Below, one piece after another: positions 20,212 through 33,691 of a DNA stretch of 64,000 nt. The position numbers and the translations under genes were made by a program. The notes beneath the pieces are model-generated. The model searched no databases and was not told where the DNA came from. It worked only from the letters and a program-made list of their open reading frames with translations. Each line of letters starts with the position of its first letter. Positions within the stretch are counted from its first letter, which is position 1. Source of the DNA: Escherichia coli (GTDB lineage: Bacteria; Pseudomonadota; Gammaproteobacteria; Enterobacterales; Enterobacteriaceae); the NCBI RefSeq assembly GCF_003334785.1, contig NZ_QOWV01000006.1. One strand, given 5' to 3'.

Positions 20212-21477
20212 ATGAGAAAAATAGTGGCCATGGCCGTTATTTGCCTGACGGCTGCCTCTGGCCTTACCTCTGCTTATGCGGCGCAACTGGCTGACGATGA
20301 AGCGGGACTACGCATCAGACTGAAAAACGAATTGCGCAGGGCGGATAAGCCCAGTGCTGGCGCGGGAAGAGATATTTACGCATGGGTACAGGGAGGATTG
20401 CTCGATTTCAATAGTGGTTATTATTCCAATATTATTGGCGTTGAAGGCGGGGCGTATTATGTTTATAAATTAGGTGCTCGTGCTGATATGAGTACCCGGT
20501 GGTATCTTGATGGTGATAAAAGTTTTGGCTTTGCCCTGGGGGCAGTAAAAATAAAACCCAGTGAAAATAGCCTGCTTAAATTAGGTCGCTTCGGGACGGA
20601 TTATAGTTATGGTAGCTTACCTTATCGTATTCCGTTAATGGCTGGCAGTTCGCAACGTACATTACCGACAGTTTCTGAAGGAGCATTAGGTTATTGGGCT
20701 TTAACACCAAATATTGATCTGTGGGGAATGTGGCGTTCACGAGTATTTTTATGGACTGATTCAACAACCGGTATTCGTGATGAAGGGGTGTATAACAGCC
20801 AGACGGGAAAATACGATAAACATCGCGCACGTTCTTTTTTAGCCGCCAGTTGGCATGATGATACCAGTCGCTATTCTCTGGGGGCATCGGTACAGAAAGA
20901 TGTTTCCAATCAGATACAAAGTATTCTCGAGAAAAGCATACCGCTCGACCCGAATTATACGTTGAAAGGGGAGTTGCTCGGCTTTTACGCGCAGCTCGAA
21001 GGTTTAAGTCGTAATACCAGCCAGCCCAATGAAACGGCGTTGGTTAGTGGACAATTGACCTGGAATGCGCCGTGGGGAAGTGTATTTGGCAGTGGTGGTT
21101 ATTTGCGCCATGCAATGAATGGTGCCGTGGTGGATACCGACATTGGCTATCCCTTTTCATTAAGTCTTGATCGTAACCGTGAAGGAATGCAGTCCTGGCA
21201 ATTGGGCGTCAACTATCGTTTAACGCCGCAATTTACGCTGACATTTGCACCGATTGTGACTCGCGGCTATGAATCCAGTAAACGAGATGTGCGGATTGAA
21301 GGCACGGGTATCTTAGGTGGTATGAACTATCGGGTCAGCGAAGGGCCGTTACAAGGGATGAATTTCTTTCTTGCTGCCGATAAAGGGCGGGAAAAGCGCG
21401 ATGGCAGTACGCTGGGCGATCGCCTGAATTACTGGGATGTGAAAATGAGTATTCAGTATGACTTTATGCTGAAGTAA
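20212..21477 (+). CDS. uidC: Outer-membrane glucuronide porin-like protein UidC
   Basis: 421-aa ORF with signal peptide and C-terminal aromatic residue typical of beta-barrels. Confidence 0.92.
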   Translation: MRKIVAMAVICLTAASGLTSAYAAQLADDEAGLRIRLKNELRRADKPSAGAGRDIYAWVQGGLLDFNSGYYSNIIGVEGGAYYVYKLGARADMSTRWYLDGDKSFGFALGAVKIKPSENSLLKLGRFGTDYSYGSLPYRIPLMAGSSQRTLPTVSEGALGYWALTPNIDLWGMWRSRVFLWTDSTTGIRDEGVYNSQTGKYDKHRARSFLAASWHDDTSRYSLGASVQKDVSNQIQSILEKSIPLDPNYTLKGELLGFYAQLEGLSRNTSQPNETALVSGQLTWNAPWGSVFGSGGYLRHAMNGAVVDTDIGYPFSLSLDRNREGMQSWQLGVNYRLTPQFTLTFAPIVTRGYESSKRDVRIEGTGILGGMNYRVSEGPLQGMNFFLAADKGREKRDGSTLGDRLNYWDVKMSIQYDFMLK

Positions 21478-21484
21478 AAAATAA

Positions 21485-21511
21485 CGCCGGAGAGAAAAAT
21501 CTCCGGCGTTT
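21485..21511 (+). terminator. Intrinsic terminator of the uid operon
   Basis: Hairpin CGCCGGAG-N8-CTCCGGCG followed by TTT, 8 nt after the uidC stop. Confidence 0.75.
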
Positions 21512-21540
21512 CAGATTGTTGACAAAGTGCGCGTTTTTTA

Positions 21541-21640
21541 TGCCGGATGCGGCGTAAACGCCTTATCCAGCCTACAAAAACTCATAAATTCAAAGTGTTG
21601 CAGGAAAAGGTAGGCCTGATAAGCGTAGCGCATCAGGCAA
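21541..21640. repeat. REP/BIME-like palindromic units (two copies)
   Basis: GCCGGATGCGGCGTAAACGCCTTATCCAGCCTAC and AGGCCTGATAAGCGTAGCGCATCAGGC resemble enterobacterial REP sequences. Confidence 0.7.
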
Positions 21641-21665
21641 TCTCTGGTTTGTTTTCAGATGAAAA

Positions 21666-21694
21666 CGCCGGAGTGAAAATTCTCCGGCGTTTTG
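21666..21694. terminator. Bidirectional hairpin terminator just past the ydgA stop
   Basis: CGCCGGAG-N8-CTCCGGCG hairpin with flanking A-run and T-run; near-duplicate of the hairpin at 21485. Confidence 0.7.
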
Positions 21695-21702
21695 GCCGTG
21701 AA

Positions 21703-23211
21703 TTACTGCTGCGGAATTGCCGGTACAGCCGGAACGTTAAGAGCTGGCATCGCAAACATGCCAACAAAATCTTCTAACGACATTTTCTGCCCATTTAACG
21801 TTATCTGACCGTTAGCATATTGCAGGCTGGTGGTGATGGTATTGTCCTGCAAGGTGGTCAGACGGAACATCTGCCCCATTGCTGATGCACCTTCAACTTG
21901 CTGTTTCGCCAGTTTTTTCGCTTGATCTTCCTGATAACCTTCCAGCTTCGCTACCTGAGTCACAAACTCAGTTGCCATATCCACCGGAATGGTCAGTTTC
22001 GCATCCAGAGATTTAACCGAACGATCTACTTCCTGCGCCAGCGTTTGCGGCGCTTCTTTAGTCGTTGCCGGATCTTTCAGGAACAGCGACAGATTCAGGG
22101 CACTTTCACCCTGACTGTTTTTCCAGCTTAGCGGCGCGATAGTAATCACCGGATCGCCTTTCAGCATCAGCGGCAGGGCGCTAAAGAAGGCTTCCGTCAC
22201 TTTCTCCTGATAAAGTTCGGGGTTGTTGGCAATTTCTGGCTGTGCCAGCAGCGCCTGAGTTTGCGCGTTATATTGCTGGCTAAACTGATGCCAGGCTTCA
22301 CCATCAATCTGGCCGACTTTTAAAGTCAGCTTGCCGCTGCCCAGATCCTGATTCTGTACCTTCAGGCTGTTTAGCGAGTAATCCAGTTGGCTATTGATCG
22401 TTTTACCGTCATTGACCAGATCCGATTTACCGCTGATCTCCATGCCTTCCAGCAGTGCCAGTTCTTTGCCTTCCACTGAAATGGTCATTTTTTCCAGTGA
22501 CAGTTTTTGATTTCCTACACGCTCACCAAAACTTGCCAGCGTGCTGGAACCGTCGGTTTTCAGATTATTAAAGGTCAACTGCACTTTCTGGTTGTATTCG
22601 TTAACTGCGTCTATCCGACCACTTTGCGCCTCCCCGGAAAGGGAGATGGCTTTGCCGTCTCTGTCAGCATTTAACTGGAACTCGCCGCCGCTAAAGGCGA
22701 CTTTTTCATCCTTTTGCTCGTAATTCAGTGGCTTGAGCGAAATATCGGAACTGGAATCACCGCTGTAACCAATGCGCGAGTTAATCTCAAAAGGCGTTTC
22801 ACCTTTTGCCATATCAAACAGTGGTTTGCTTACTTCGTTATTAACCAGCGTGGTTTGAATTGATGCCATCGACGGGATCAGGTTCAGTTTTTTAAGCTGG
22901 GCAAGCGGGAAGGGACCATGATCAACCGATTCGTTGAAGATGACGCTCTGACCGCTTTTAATCCACGGATTTTCTTTCCCGGCAATGGGTTTCACCAACA
23001 GTTGCAACTGGCTGCTGAATACGCCGCGATGATAGTTTTGATAACTCACTTCCAGGTTGGATTCAGGAGCTGTCAGTTTGAGTTGCGCGTTCGCCTGCGC
23101 GACCATGTCTTCGAGATGGGTTTCAATCTTCTTGCCTGTATACCATGCGCCGCCTGTCCAGACTACGCCTAGCGCAACAATGACGCCTACCGCTACCAGC
23201 GATTTATTCAT
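21703..23211 (-). CDS. ydgA: DUF945-family envelope protein YdgA
   Basis: 502-aa ORF with N-terminal signal/anchor (MNKSLVAVGVIVALGVVWTGGAWY). Confidence 0.9.
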   Translation of the reverse strand: MNKSLVAVGVIVALGVVWTGGAWYTGKKIETHLEDMVAQANAQLKLTAPESNLEVSYQNYHRGVFSSQLQLLVKPIAGKENPWIKSGQSVIFNESVDHGPFPLAQLKKLNLIPSMASIQTTLVNNEVSKPLFDMAKGETPFEINSRIGYSGDSSSDISLKPLNYEQKDEKVAFSGGEFQLNADRDGKAISLSGEAQSGRIDAVNEYNQKVQLTFNNLKTDGSSTLASFGERVGNQKLSLEKMTISVEGKELALLEGMEISGKSDLVNDGKTINSQLDYSLNSLKVQNQDLGSGKLTLKVGQIDGEAWHQFSQQYNAQTQALLAQPEIANNPELYQEKVTEAFFSALPLMLKGDPVITIAPLSWKNSQGESALNLSLFLKDPATTKEAPQTLAQEVDRSVKSLDAKLTIPVDMATEFVTQVAKLEGYQEDQAKKLAKQQVEGASAMGQMFRLTTLQDNTITTSLQYANGQITLNGQKMSLEDFVGMFAMPALNVPAVPAIPQQ

Positions 23212-23311
23212 AATGATTATCCATAAAATGAAATCAGGCGGACTGGCCGCCTGAAGGTGTTATAAGCCTTTAATAAGCTTAGCAAGAGATGTTAATTTTT
23301 TCAGTAAGCTC

Positions 23312-24487
23312 TTACAGCTTGTTGTAAACACGCGCTAAACGGCCGTGGCCTTTGACAGTCACCGGTGATTCGTTGGCGGCAATAAACGCTGATTCACCCG
23401 GTTTAAGCTGTAACTGCTGAGAACCTTTCCACAACGTTGCATCGCCTTCGACGCAGAACAAAATGGCGGCACTCTGCTGGCTAATGGTGGTTTCTTTATC
23501 ACTAAGGTCATGCAGCGAGAAGGCAAAATCATCCACTGGAATCGGGAAGTCCAGTTCTGCACCTTGTTTCACCGGCTGGGTCAACAACTGGTTAGCCGGT
23601 TTGGCTTCGAATTTCACATTGGCAACCAGTTCCGGAATATCAATGTATTTAGGCGTCAGACCCGCACGCAGCACGTTATCGGAGTTTGCCATCACTTCCA
23701 GCGCCACGCCTTGCAGGTAAGCGTGCGGTGTTTCAGCGAACAGGAACATCGCTTCGCCAGGGTTCAATTTCACCACATTCAGCAATAGCGGGGAGAACAG
23801 ACCGCTGTCTTCCGGGTAAAATTCAGAAATTAAACGAATCGTTTGCCACGGTTCACCCTGCTGGCTATCGAGGGCCGATTTTAAAATCGCCAGCGCGCGG
23901 GATTTTTCTTCACCCTGCATATTCAACAGGCTGGCGAACAGTTCGCTTAAACGTTCGGCATCAGGCTGTTGTAAAAAGTGAGCAATCGCCGGATGTGCAC
24001 CTGCGACCGGCTGGAGTAGGGAGACAATCTCGGAAAATTCACGAAACGCGTTCATCGCAAGGAAAGGCGTCAGCGCAAAAACCAGCTCCGGCTTGTGGTT
24101 AGGATCTTTATAGTTACGCTCGGCGGCATCCATCGGGATACCTGCGGCATTTTCTTTGGCAAAACCGATTTCAGAATTGTGTTTGTTTGGATGAACCTGA
24201 ATGGAGAGTGGCTGTGCTGCGCATAATACTTTGAACAGGAAAGGCAGTTCGCCAAAGCGTTTGGCAACGGCCTCTCCGAGCAGAGTCGATTTATCACTCT
24301 CAATCACATCACGCAGTGAAACGATATCTCCGGCGGCATTCTGCACTCGTGAACTGCTTTTCGGATGTGCGCCCATCCACAGCTCGGCCATCGGCTGGCT
24401 GGACGGATTTTCCATACCATAAAGTTCAGTCAACGCCGTTTTGCTGCCCCAGGCATAGTTTTGCACTGAGTTAATGAGTTTTTGCAT
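23312..24487 (-). CDS. manA: Mannose-6-phosphate isomerase (class I)
   Basis: ORF 23312..24565; start placed at MQKLINSVQNYAWGSKTALTELYG (391 aa). Confidence 0.95.
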   Translation of the reverse strand: MQKLINSVQNYAWGSKTALTELYGMENPSSQPMAELWMGAHPKSSSRVQNAAGDIVSLRDVIESDKSTLLGEAVAKRFGELPFLFKVLCAAQPLSIQVHPNKHNSEIGFAKENAAGIPMDAAERNYKDPNHKPELVFALTPFLAMNAFREFSEIVSLLQPVAGAHPAIAHFLQQPDAERLSELFASLLNMQGEEKSRALAILKSALDSQQGEPWQTIRLISEFYPEDSGLFSPLLLNVVKLNPGEAMFLFAETPHAYLQGVALEVMANSDNVLRAGLTPKYIDIPELVANVKFEAKPANQLLTQPVKQGAELDFPIPVDDFAFSLHDLSDKETTISQQSAAILFCVEGDATLWKGSQQLQLKPGESAFIAANESPVTVKGHGRLARVYNKL

Positions 24488-24685
24488 GATCAATCCCTGT
24501 TTTAATGTGGAAATTAATCCCACTATTAAAGCAAGAATCCTACGGGAAGTAACCTGGAGCCGCAAAAAGTCGTACTAGTCTCAGTTTTTGTTAAAAAAGT
24601 GTGTAGGATATTGTTACTCGCTTTTAACAGGGCAACGGAACACCCGCCCAGAGCATAACCAAACCAGGCAGTAAGTGAGAGAACA

Positions 24686-26332
24686 ATGTCAAACAAACCC
24701 TTTCATTATCAGGCTCCTTTTCCACTCAAAAAAGATGATACTGAGTATTACCTGCTAACCAGCGAACACGTTAGCGTATCTGAATTTGAAGGGCAGGAGA
24801 TTTTGAAAGTCGCACTCGAAGCGTTAACTCTGTTGGCGCGCCAGGCGTTTCATGATGCGTCGTTCATGCTGCGTCCGGCGCACCAACAACAGGTGGCCGA
24901 CATTCTGCGTGACCCGGAGGCCAGCGAAAATGATAAATATGTGGCGCTGCAATTCCTGCGTAACTCCGACATCGCGGCGAAAGGCGTTCTGCCAACCTGT
25001 CAGGATACCGGCACCGCGATTATTGTTGGTAAAAAAGGGCAGCGTGTATGGACCGGTGGTGGTGATGAAGCGGCGCTGGCGCGCGGTGTCTATAACACTT
25101 ATATCGAAGATAATCTGCGCTACTCGCAAAACGCGCCGCTGGATATGTATAAAGAAGTGAATACCGGCACCAATCTGCCAGCGCAGATCGATCTTTATGC
25201 CGTTGATGGCGACGAATACAAATTCCTCTGTATCGCCAAAGGTGGTGGTTCGGCAAACAAGACGTATCTCTATCAGGAAACCAAAGCGTTACTGACGCCG
25301 GGGAAACTGAAAAATTACCTGGTTGAGAAGATGCGCACGCTGGGTACGGCGGCCTGTCCTCCGTATCATATTGCGTTCGTTATTGGTGGAACTTCTGCAG
25401 AAACGAACCTTAAAACGGTGAAACTGGCTTCCGCGAAATACTATGATGAACTGCCAACGGAAGGGAATGAGCACGGTCAGGCGTTCCGCGATGTGGAACT
25501 GGAAAAAGAATTGCTGATCGAAGCGCAAAATCTTGGTCTGGGTGCGCAGTTTGGTGGTAAATACTTCGCTCACGACATCCGCGTGATTCGCCTGCCACGT
25601 CACGGCGCATCCTGCCCGGTCGGTATGGGCGTCTCCTGCTCTGCTGACCGTAATATCAAAGCGAAGATCAACCGTCAGGGGATCTGGATCGAAAAACTGG
25701 AACATAATCCAGGCAAATATATCCCGGAAGAGCTGCGCAAAGCGGGAGAAGGCGAAGCGGTGCGCGTTGACCTTAACCGTCCGATGAAAGAGATCCTCGC
25801 ACAGTTGTCGCAGTATCCCGTTTCTACACGCTTATCGCTTAACGGCACGATTATCGTCGGTCGTGATATTGCTCACGCCAAACTGAAAGAGCGGATGGAT
25901 AACGGTGAAGGGCTGCCGCAGTACATCAAAGATCATCCGATTTACTACGCGGGTCCGGCCAAAACGCCGGAAGGTTATGCCTCCGGTTCTCTTGGCCCAA
26001 CGACCGCCGGACGGATGGATTCTTATGTCGATCAACTGCAAGCGCAGGGCGGAAGTATGATCATGCTGGCGAAAGGCAACCGCAGCCAGCAGGTGACGGA
26101 TGCCTGTAAAAAACACGGCGGCTTCTACCTTGGCAGTATCGGTGGTCCGGCCGCTGTATTGGCGCAGGGAAGTATTAAGAGCCTGGAATGTGTTGAATAT
26201 CCGGAACTGGGAATGGAAGCCATCTGGAAAATTGAAGTGGAAGATTTCCCGGCGTTTATCCTTGTGGATGATAAAGGAAATGACTTCTTCCAGCAGATAC
26301 AACTCACACAATGCACCCGCTGTGTGAAATAA
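24686..26332 (+). CDS. fumA: Class I fumarate hydratase (Fe-S, aerobic)
   Basis: 548-aa ORF; fumarase class I fold with Cys ligands. Confidence 0.96.
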   Translation: MSNKPFHYQAPFPLKKDDTEYYLLTSEHVSVSEFEGQEILKVALEALTLLARQAFHDASFMLRPAHQQQVADILRDPEASENDKYVALQFLRNSDIAAKGVLPTCQDTGTAIIVGKKGQRVWTGGGDEAALARGVYNTYIEDNLRYSQNAPLDMYKEVNTGTNLPAQIDLYAVDGDEYKFLCIAKGGGSANKTYLYQETKALLTPGKLKNYLVEKMRTLGTAACPPYHIAFVIGGTSAETNLKTVKLASAKYYDELPTEGNEHGQAFRDVELEKELLIEAQNLGLGAQFGGKYFAHDIRVIRLPRHGASCPVGMGVSCSADRNIKAKINRQGIWIEKLEHNPGKYIPEELRKAGEGEAVRVDLNRPMKEILAQLSQYPVSTRLSLNGTIIVGRDIAHAKLKERMDNGEGLPQYIKDHPIYYAGPAKTPEGYASGSLGPTTAGRMDSYVDQLQAQGGSMIMLAKGNRSQQVTDACKKHGGFYLGSIGGPAAVLAQGSIKSLECVEYPELGMEAIWKIEVEDFPAFILVDDKGNDFFQQIQLTQCTRCVK

Positions 26333-26335
26333 ACA

Positions 26336-26361
26336 GAGCCGCCCTTCGGGGCGGTTTTTTT
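26336..26361 (+). terminator. Intrinsic terminator after fumA
   Basis: GC-rich hairpin GCCGCCC-TTCG-GGGCGG followed by TTTTTTT. Confidence 0.85.
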
Positions 26362-26474
26362 ACATGGCACGAAAGACCAAACATTTGTTATCAAATGGTA
26401 AATAATAAGTGAGCTAAAAGTTGCTTAACGAAAGCAAAACAGAAAGAAAAAATTAATCAGGTGAGGAGCAGGTC

Positions 26475-28837
<2,363 letters not shown>

Positions 28838-28879
28838 TTATAGCACAGTCGTGGTGACTTGACCATCGTGCGCGTAGTG

Positions 28880-30181
28880 TCAGGCAGAGGTAAATTGCGG
28901 GATGTTATGCCATAACGGCCAGCTAAACGAGAAGCGGGCACCACCCAGTTCGCTGGTGTCACAATTAACCGTACCGCCCATTGCCAGTGCTATAGAGTGG
29001 ACAATTGCCAGCCCCAGCCCGCAGCCGCCGGTTGAGCGATCCCGGCTGGGATCGAGGCGAACAAAAGGTTCAAAGATATGTTCGCGGTTTTCTGGGGCAA
29101 TCCCTGGGCCATCATCCTCAACAATTAATGTCGCTCTATTCCCCGACAGTAGCAGGCTGGTTTCAACCGTTGAATGGCAGTACCGCAGGGCGTTATTGAG
29201 CAAATTATCCAGCACGCGCTCCATTAAGCGCATATCCAACGCCGCATAATGGCCTTGCACGAGCGTTTTTATCCGTACCGTTTTATCGGGCGTTACTGCC
29301 TGAATATCTGCCAGATGCGTTGACAGCCACAACGGCAGGTCTGGTTCGCTAAGATGAAGCTCGTTTTGTGGGCGATCGAGTCGGGCATAAGTCAGCAGCT
29401 CTTCAATTAAAGCTTCAAGTTGACTGATATCACGATTCAACGCCTGGGATTCGGCGGCGCTCAGGTTATCGCTCATCTCCAGTCGATAACGCAGGCGCAC
29501 TAACGGTGTTCGCAGTTCGTGAGCGATACCGTCAATAAGCTGTTTTTTGCTGGCAATTAAGGCGTTGATATTGTCCGCCATCTGGTTAAATGCGACGCCA
29601 AGTCGTTCAAAGCTCGAACCCTCATCAAAGTGGATACGTTCATTGAGATGCCCATCGCCAAATCGTTGCGCCGCTGCTTCCAGTTTTAACATATCCTGCC
29701 AGTGCGGACGCATCCAGATAAACACCGGAAAGGCGAGGGAAATAGCAATAAAAGCGATCAGGGCGATATCCAGCAATCGCATCTGATGGAGATAATAAAG
29801 ATAAGGAACAGGACCAACTGCCAGCACGTAGTGGCTGCGCGGGATACGCTGCAAAAACGTGTACTGATCGTCCAGGGCGACAATTTCGCCGCCACGCAGT
29901 CGGTGCATGGAAATATCATCAAGATGGTATTTACTCAGTGGCTCGACACGCAGATCGAAAGAGAGATTTAAATCCATCTCTTTCAGAGTTTTACCCCAGT
30001 CGTGTGGGGGGATCTCACGCAATTCGCTGCGCATCAGATACAGCGAACTGTTCATCAAATCATCCAGCGACTGTTTGCCCGCGCGTTCGGCGGTAAATTT
30101 GTACACCAGCCCAACCAGCAGAGACATCACAAGGAAGCAGACAAACAATAACAGGTAAAACTGGATAAACAGTTTTTTCAT
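28880..30181 (-). CDS. rstB: Two-component sensor histidine kinase RstB
   Basis: 433-aa ORF: N-terminal TM, HAMP, H-box (AHELRTPL), C-terminal ATPase domain. Confidence 0.95.
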   Translation of the reverse strand: MKKLFIQFYLLLFVCFLVMSLLVGLVYKFTAERAGKQSLDDLMNSSLYLMRSELREIPPHDWGKTLKEMDLNLSFDLRVEPLSKYHLDDISMHRLRGGEIVALDDQYTFLQRIPRSHYVLAVGPVPYLYYLHQMRLLDIALIAFIAISLAFPVFIWMRPHWQDMLKLEAAAQRFGDGHLNERIHFDEGSSFERLGVAFNQMADNINALIASKKQLIDGIAHELRTPLVRLRYRLEMSDNLSAAESQALNRDISQLEALIEELLTYARLDRPQNELHLSEPDLPLWLSTHLADIQAVTPDKTVRIKTLVQGHYAALDMRLMERVLDNLLNNALRYCHSTVETSLLLSGNRATLIVEDDGPGIAPENREHIFEPFVRLDPSRDRSTGGCGLGLAIVHSIALAMGGTVNCDTSELGGARFSFSWPLWHNIPQFTSA

Positions 30182-30184
30182 CGC

Positions 30185-30904
30185 TTATTCCCATGCATGA
30201 GGCGCAAAAAGATAGCCTTTGTTACGCACAGTTTTAATGCGATAAGGTTCTGCGGCGTTATCGAGCAGTTTTTTTCTTAACCGCGAAATAGCCACGTCCA
30301 CGCTACGATCCAGTCCGTCATAACTGACGCCGCGTAAATTTTTCAGCAATGCATCGCGGTCCATGATTTGCCCGGCATGGGTAGCTAATTCCCACAATAA
30401 TTCGAAATCAGCTGTCGAGAGCGAGATTTCAGTGTTAGCCAGGGTGACTACGCGGTTGATGGGATCGATGGTCAACGTGCCGAAATGCAGGGCTTTGTAG
30501 GGAGTCAGAGACGTTTCCTGAAGACCTTTGGTCAGTGTGGCTTGCTCATTCTGACGCAAATGCAAACGTAAACGCGCTAGCAAAACAGCAGGGGGCGTCG
30601 TTTTGAGAATATAGTCGCAGGCACCCATTTCCAGTGCCAGGATGTGGTTCATATCGCTATCGAGAGAGGTTAGAAGAACAATCGGTCCAGACCACTTTGC
30701 GCGTAAATCACGACAAATGGTCATGCCGTCCTTGCCTGGTAGCATGATGTCGAGTAACACCAAATCCGGATTTTCTCGCAAAATGGTTTCTTCGGCCTGG
30801 TCGCCGCGCGGCTCTACGGTAACCTGCATATCATGTTTTGCCAGGTACGCGGCAATCAGTGAACCGACTTCCGCATCATCTTCCACAAATACGATAGTGT
30901 TCAT
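30185..30904 (-). CDS. rstA: OmpR-family response regulator RstA
   Basis: ORF 30185..30964; start placed at MNTIVFVEDDAEVG (239 aa); receiver plus winged-helix domains. Confidence 0.94.
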   Translation of the reverse strand: MNTIVFVEDDAEVGSLIAAYLAKHDMQVTVEPRGDQAEETILRENPDLVLLDIMLPGKDGMTICRDLRAKWSGPIVLLTSLDSDMNHILALEMGACDYILKTTPPAVLLARLRLHLRQNEQATLTKGLQETSLTPYKALHFGTLTIDPINRVVTLANTEISLSTADFELLWELATHAGQIMDRDALLKNLRGVSYDGLDRSVDVAISRLRKKLLDNAAEPYRIKTVRNKGYLFAPHAWE

Positions 30905-31032
30905 AACATTCACGGTAGATATAAAAACGTCACAATACACCGCGCTGTTTTTACTTACTATCAATCGTTTCTAAACAAGTTTTCATCAGGTATTCTACTG
31001 ATGACTTGTTATGGAAGTGTTAAGGTAAAAAG

Positions 31033-31368
31033 ATGGGGCTGGTAATCAAAGCCGCGCTCGGTGCGCTGGTAGTGCTGTTGATTGGTGTTTTAGCAAAAAC
31101 GAAAAATTATTATATCGCCGGGCTGATTCCACTTTTCCCGACCTTTGCGCTTATCGCGCATTATATTGTTGCCAGCGAACGCGGCATTGAAGCCTTACGC
31201 GCAACCATCATTTTTAGTATGTGGTCGATTATTCCCTATTTTGTTTACCTGGTGTCGCTGTGGTATTTCACCGGAATGATGCGCTTGCCCGCCGCTTTTG
31301 TTGGTTCTGTTGCGTGTTGGGGGATAAGCGCATGGGTGTTGATTATATGCTGGATAAAGCTGCATTAA
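31033..31368 (+). CDS. ydgC: GlpM-family inner membrane protein YdgC
   Basis: 111-aa hydrophobic ORF; 4-nt convergent overlap with the folM stop. Confidence 0.88.
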   Translation: MGLVIKAALGALVVLLIGVLAKTKNYYIAGLIPLFPTFALIAHYIVASERGIEALRATIIFSMWSIIPYFVYLVSLWYFTGMMRLPAAFVGSVACWGISAWVLIICWIKLH

Positions 31369-32087
31369 CGCAGATGACGACCGCCATCAAGTGGGAAACT
31401 GCGTCCGGTGACAAAGCAACTGGTAAGTAAGTAATCGACCAGGTCGATCACTTCTTTCTCGCCAGGCGCGGTTTTCATCAGTGATTTATTCAGCGCCTGT
31501 TGTCGATATTCGGCATCATCATGTTCATTAAACAGGATCAGCGATGGCGCAATAGAATTCACTTTCACTTCCGGTGCCAGCTTGCGGGCAAACGAGCGGG
31601 TCATATTATCCAGTGCCGCTTTGCTTGCAGCATACGCAATATGTTTGTCGCTACCGCGCTCCACCACATAATCGGTAAAGTGAATGATATCGCTGGCGGC
31701 GTGTCCGTGCCCACGCAGTAATCTTTCCAGCGCATGGTTGAGCAGGTATGGGGTATTAACGTGGATCTGCATCATGCAAGCCAGTACGTCGGCCAGTGGC
31801 GCACCCGGTTTTTCCGCCATCCACGCACTGGCGTTATGCAAAATAGCACGCAGACCATGGGTGCTTTTTAGTACTTCATCGGCAAACGCCATCACACCGT
31901 CGTTGGTCGAAAAATCAGCCTGAATACACTGCGCACCTGCATTAATCAGTCCATCAATGGCTGGATAGTGTGTCCGATAGCTGACAATCACCGGTTGCTT
32001 TTGATTAATGAAATGCCATGCGAGGGCGAGGCCGATGCGACGACCTCCGCCAGTAATTAATATTGGCAAGGGCTGGGTTTTACCCAT
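31365..32087 (-). CDS. folM: Dihydromonapterin/dihydrofolate reductase FolM (SDR family)
   Basis: 240-aa ORF with TGGGRRIG Rossmann motif and YxxxK (YAASKAA). Confidence 0.93.
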   Translation of the reverse strand: MGKTQPLPILITGGGRRIGLALAWHFINQKQPVIVSYRTHYPAIDGLINAGAQCIQADFSTNDGVMAFADEVLKSTHGLRAILHNASAWMAEKPGAPLADVLACMMQIHVNTPYLLNHALERLLRGHGHAASDIIHFTDYVVERGSDKHIAYAASKAALDNMTRSFARKLAPEVKVNSIAPSLILFNEHDDAEYRQQALNKSLMKTAPGEKEVIDLVDYLLTSCFVTGRSFPLDGGRHLR

Positions 32088-32123
32088 CGTTATCTCCTTT
32101 GCTATCCAACGATGGGATGAACG

Positions 32124-33506
32124 TTATCCCACCAGCATCCAGGTCGCCGGAACTGAGGCAATTAACAGCATGCCAATCAGCACCATTTCCTGACGGTTCA
32201 GTACATTATCATGGGTATGCGTTTTGCGCGCGTACAGGAAAACCAGCAGCCCCGGTGCATACAGAACAACGGATAACAGCAAGTGCATTGGACCAGAGGC
32301 GTACAATAACCATAAGCCATAAATGCAGGCACCGACACCTACCGCTTTATGCAGTGGACGGGTTGCGATTTTCAGCAAGAACGCGCCGACCAGGAAATAG
32401 GGCACCAGAATCATTTCTGAGGCGATGGTCAGCAACGTGTTGTAATCGGAACCGGTCAGCCAGATGAGTACCAGACAAATTTGCACGCAGATGTTGGTCA
32501 ACCACAGTGAGGCGGATGGCGCAGCTTGTGCGTTCTGGCGCGCAAAAATGCGCGGGAATGCTTTATGAGTGGCGGCCAGGAACGGTACTTCTGCTGCCAT
32601 GATGGTCCAGCTTAAGTACGCGCCGCAAACGGAAACGATCAAACCGGCAGCGATGATGATTTCGCCCCATGGTCCCATCATTTCCACCATCAGACCGGCC
32701 ATTGACGGGTTACGAATTTCAGCCAGTTCAGGACGTGCCACCACACCCAGCGAAAGCAGCGTTACCAGCAAGTAAACGCCCAGAGCGGAGAGAACCGCCA
32801 GCAGTGTCGCTTTGCCAACATCACGTTTATTACGCGCACGCGCAGAAACAACCACGGCACCTTCCACACCAATGAAAACCCACAGGGTGATCAGCATGGT
32901 GTTTTTCACCTGTTCCCAAACGGGTACGCCAAGTGCAAGTCCGGTGAAGTCGAGCTTGAAGGTATCCAGTTTGAACATCATCATCGCCAGCACAACAAAC
33001 AGACCCAGCGGCAACAATTTTGCCAGTGTCGCCACCAGGTTAATGCTGGCAGCGGTTTGCACCCCGCGCAGGATCAAAAAGTGAACAATCCACAATAAAG
33101 CCGATGCACCGACTATCGATTGCCAGGTATTACCATCGCCAAACAGGCGCAATTCCGGCGTGTCCGTAAAAAAGCTTAACGCGGAAAAAACGATCACCAG
33201 ATAGGAGACGTTGGCGATGACTGCGCACAGCCAGTATCCCCATGCGGAACAAAAGCCGATTAGCTCGCCAAACCCTTCGCGGGCATAGGTAAAGATACCG
33301 CCGTCAAGTTCGGGACGAATGCGCGTGAGGATCAGCATGGCAAAGGCCAGCAATAAAATGCCAGCGCCAGTAATACCCCAGCCGATGAGCAGTGCTGCCG
33401 GGCTGGCAACTGCCGCCATATTTTGCGGCAGACTGAAAACACCCGCGCCCAGCATTGAGCTTAATACCAGCGCGGTGAGTGCGCTCAGTCCCAGTTTCTT
33501 TTCCAT
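32124..33506 (-). CDS. ydgI: APC-family basic amino acid antiporter (arginine:ornithine antiporter-like) YdgI
   Basis: 460-aa 12-13 TM ORF, APC superfamily. Confidence 0.88.
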   Translation of the reverse strand: MEKKLGLSALTALVLSSMLGAGVFSLPQNMAAVASPAALLIGWGITGAGILLLAFAMLILTRIRPELDGGIFTYAREGFGELIGFCSAWGYWLCAVIANVSYLVIVFSALSFFTDTPELRLFGDGNTWQSIVGASALLWIVHFLILRGVQTAASINLVATLAKLLPLGLFVVLAMMMFKLDTFKLDFTGLALGVPVWEQVKNTMLITLWVFIGVEGAVVVSARARNKRDVGKATLLAVLSALGVYLLVTLLSLGVVARPELAEIRNPSMAGLMVEMMGPWGEIIIAAGLIVSVCGAYLSWTIMAAEVPFLAATHKAFPRIFARQNAQAAPSASLWLTNICVQICLVLIWLTGSDYNTLLTIASEMILVPYFLVGAFLLKIATRPLHKAVGVGACIYGLWLLYASGPMHLLLSVVLYAPGLLVFLYARKTHTHDNVLNRQEMVLIGMLLIASVPATWMLVG

Positions 33507-33691
33507 CGATATCCAGTGATTAAAACGTGATAAGAAGAATAAATATTAGGGCAAAACGCATAAAAATGGAGTTTGCCACTGAAGCGCGGGATTTTACGAA
33601 GAGATGTGTCTGCATGCAATGGTCGCGGGGAAATTTGTGACTAAAAATGCGAAAGGCGGCATCAAGCCGCCTTATAGGAGTAACTGAATAG

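Noticed and set aside
30905-31032. Possible PhoP box upstream of rstA (TGTTTA on the minus strand)
   Set aside because: Only one good TGTTTA hexamer; the second half-site 5 bp downstream (GATTGA) is imperfect, so I could not support a call from sequence alone.
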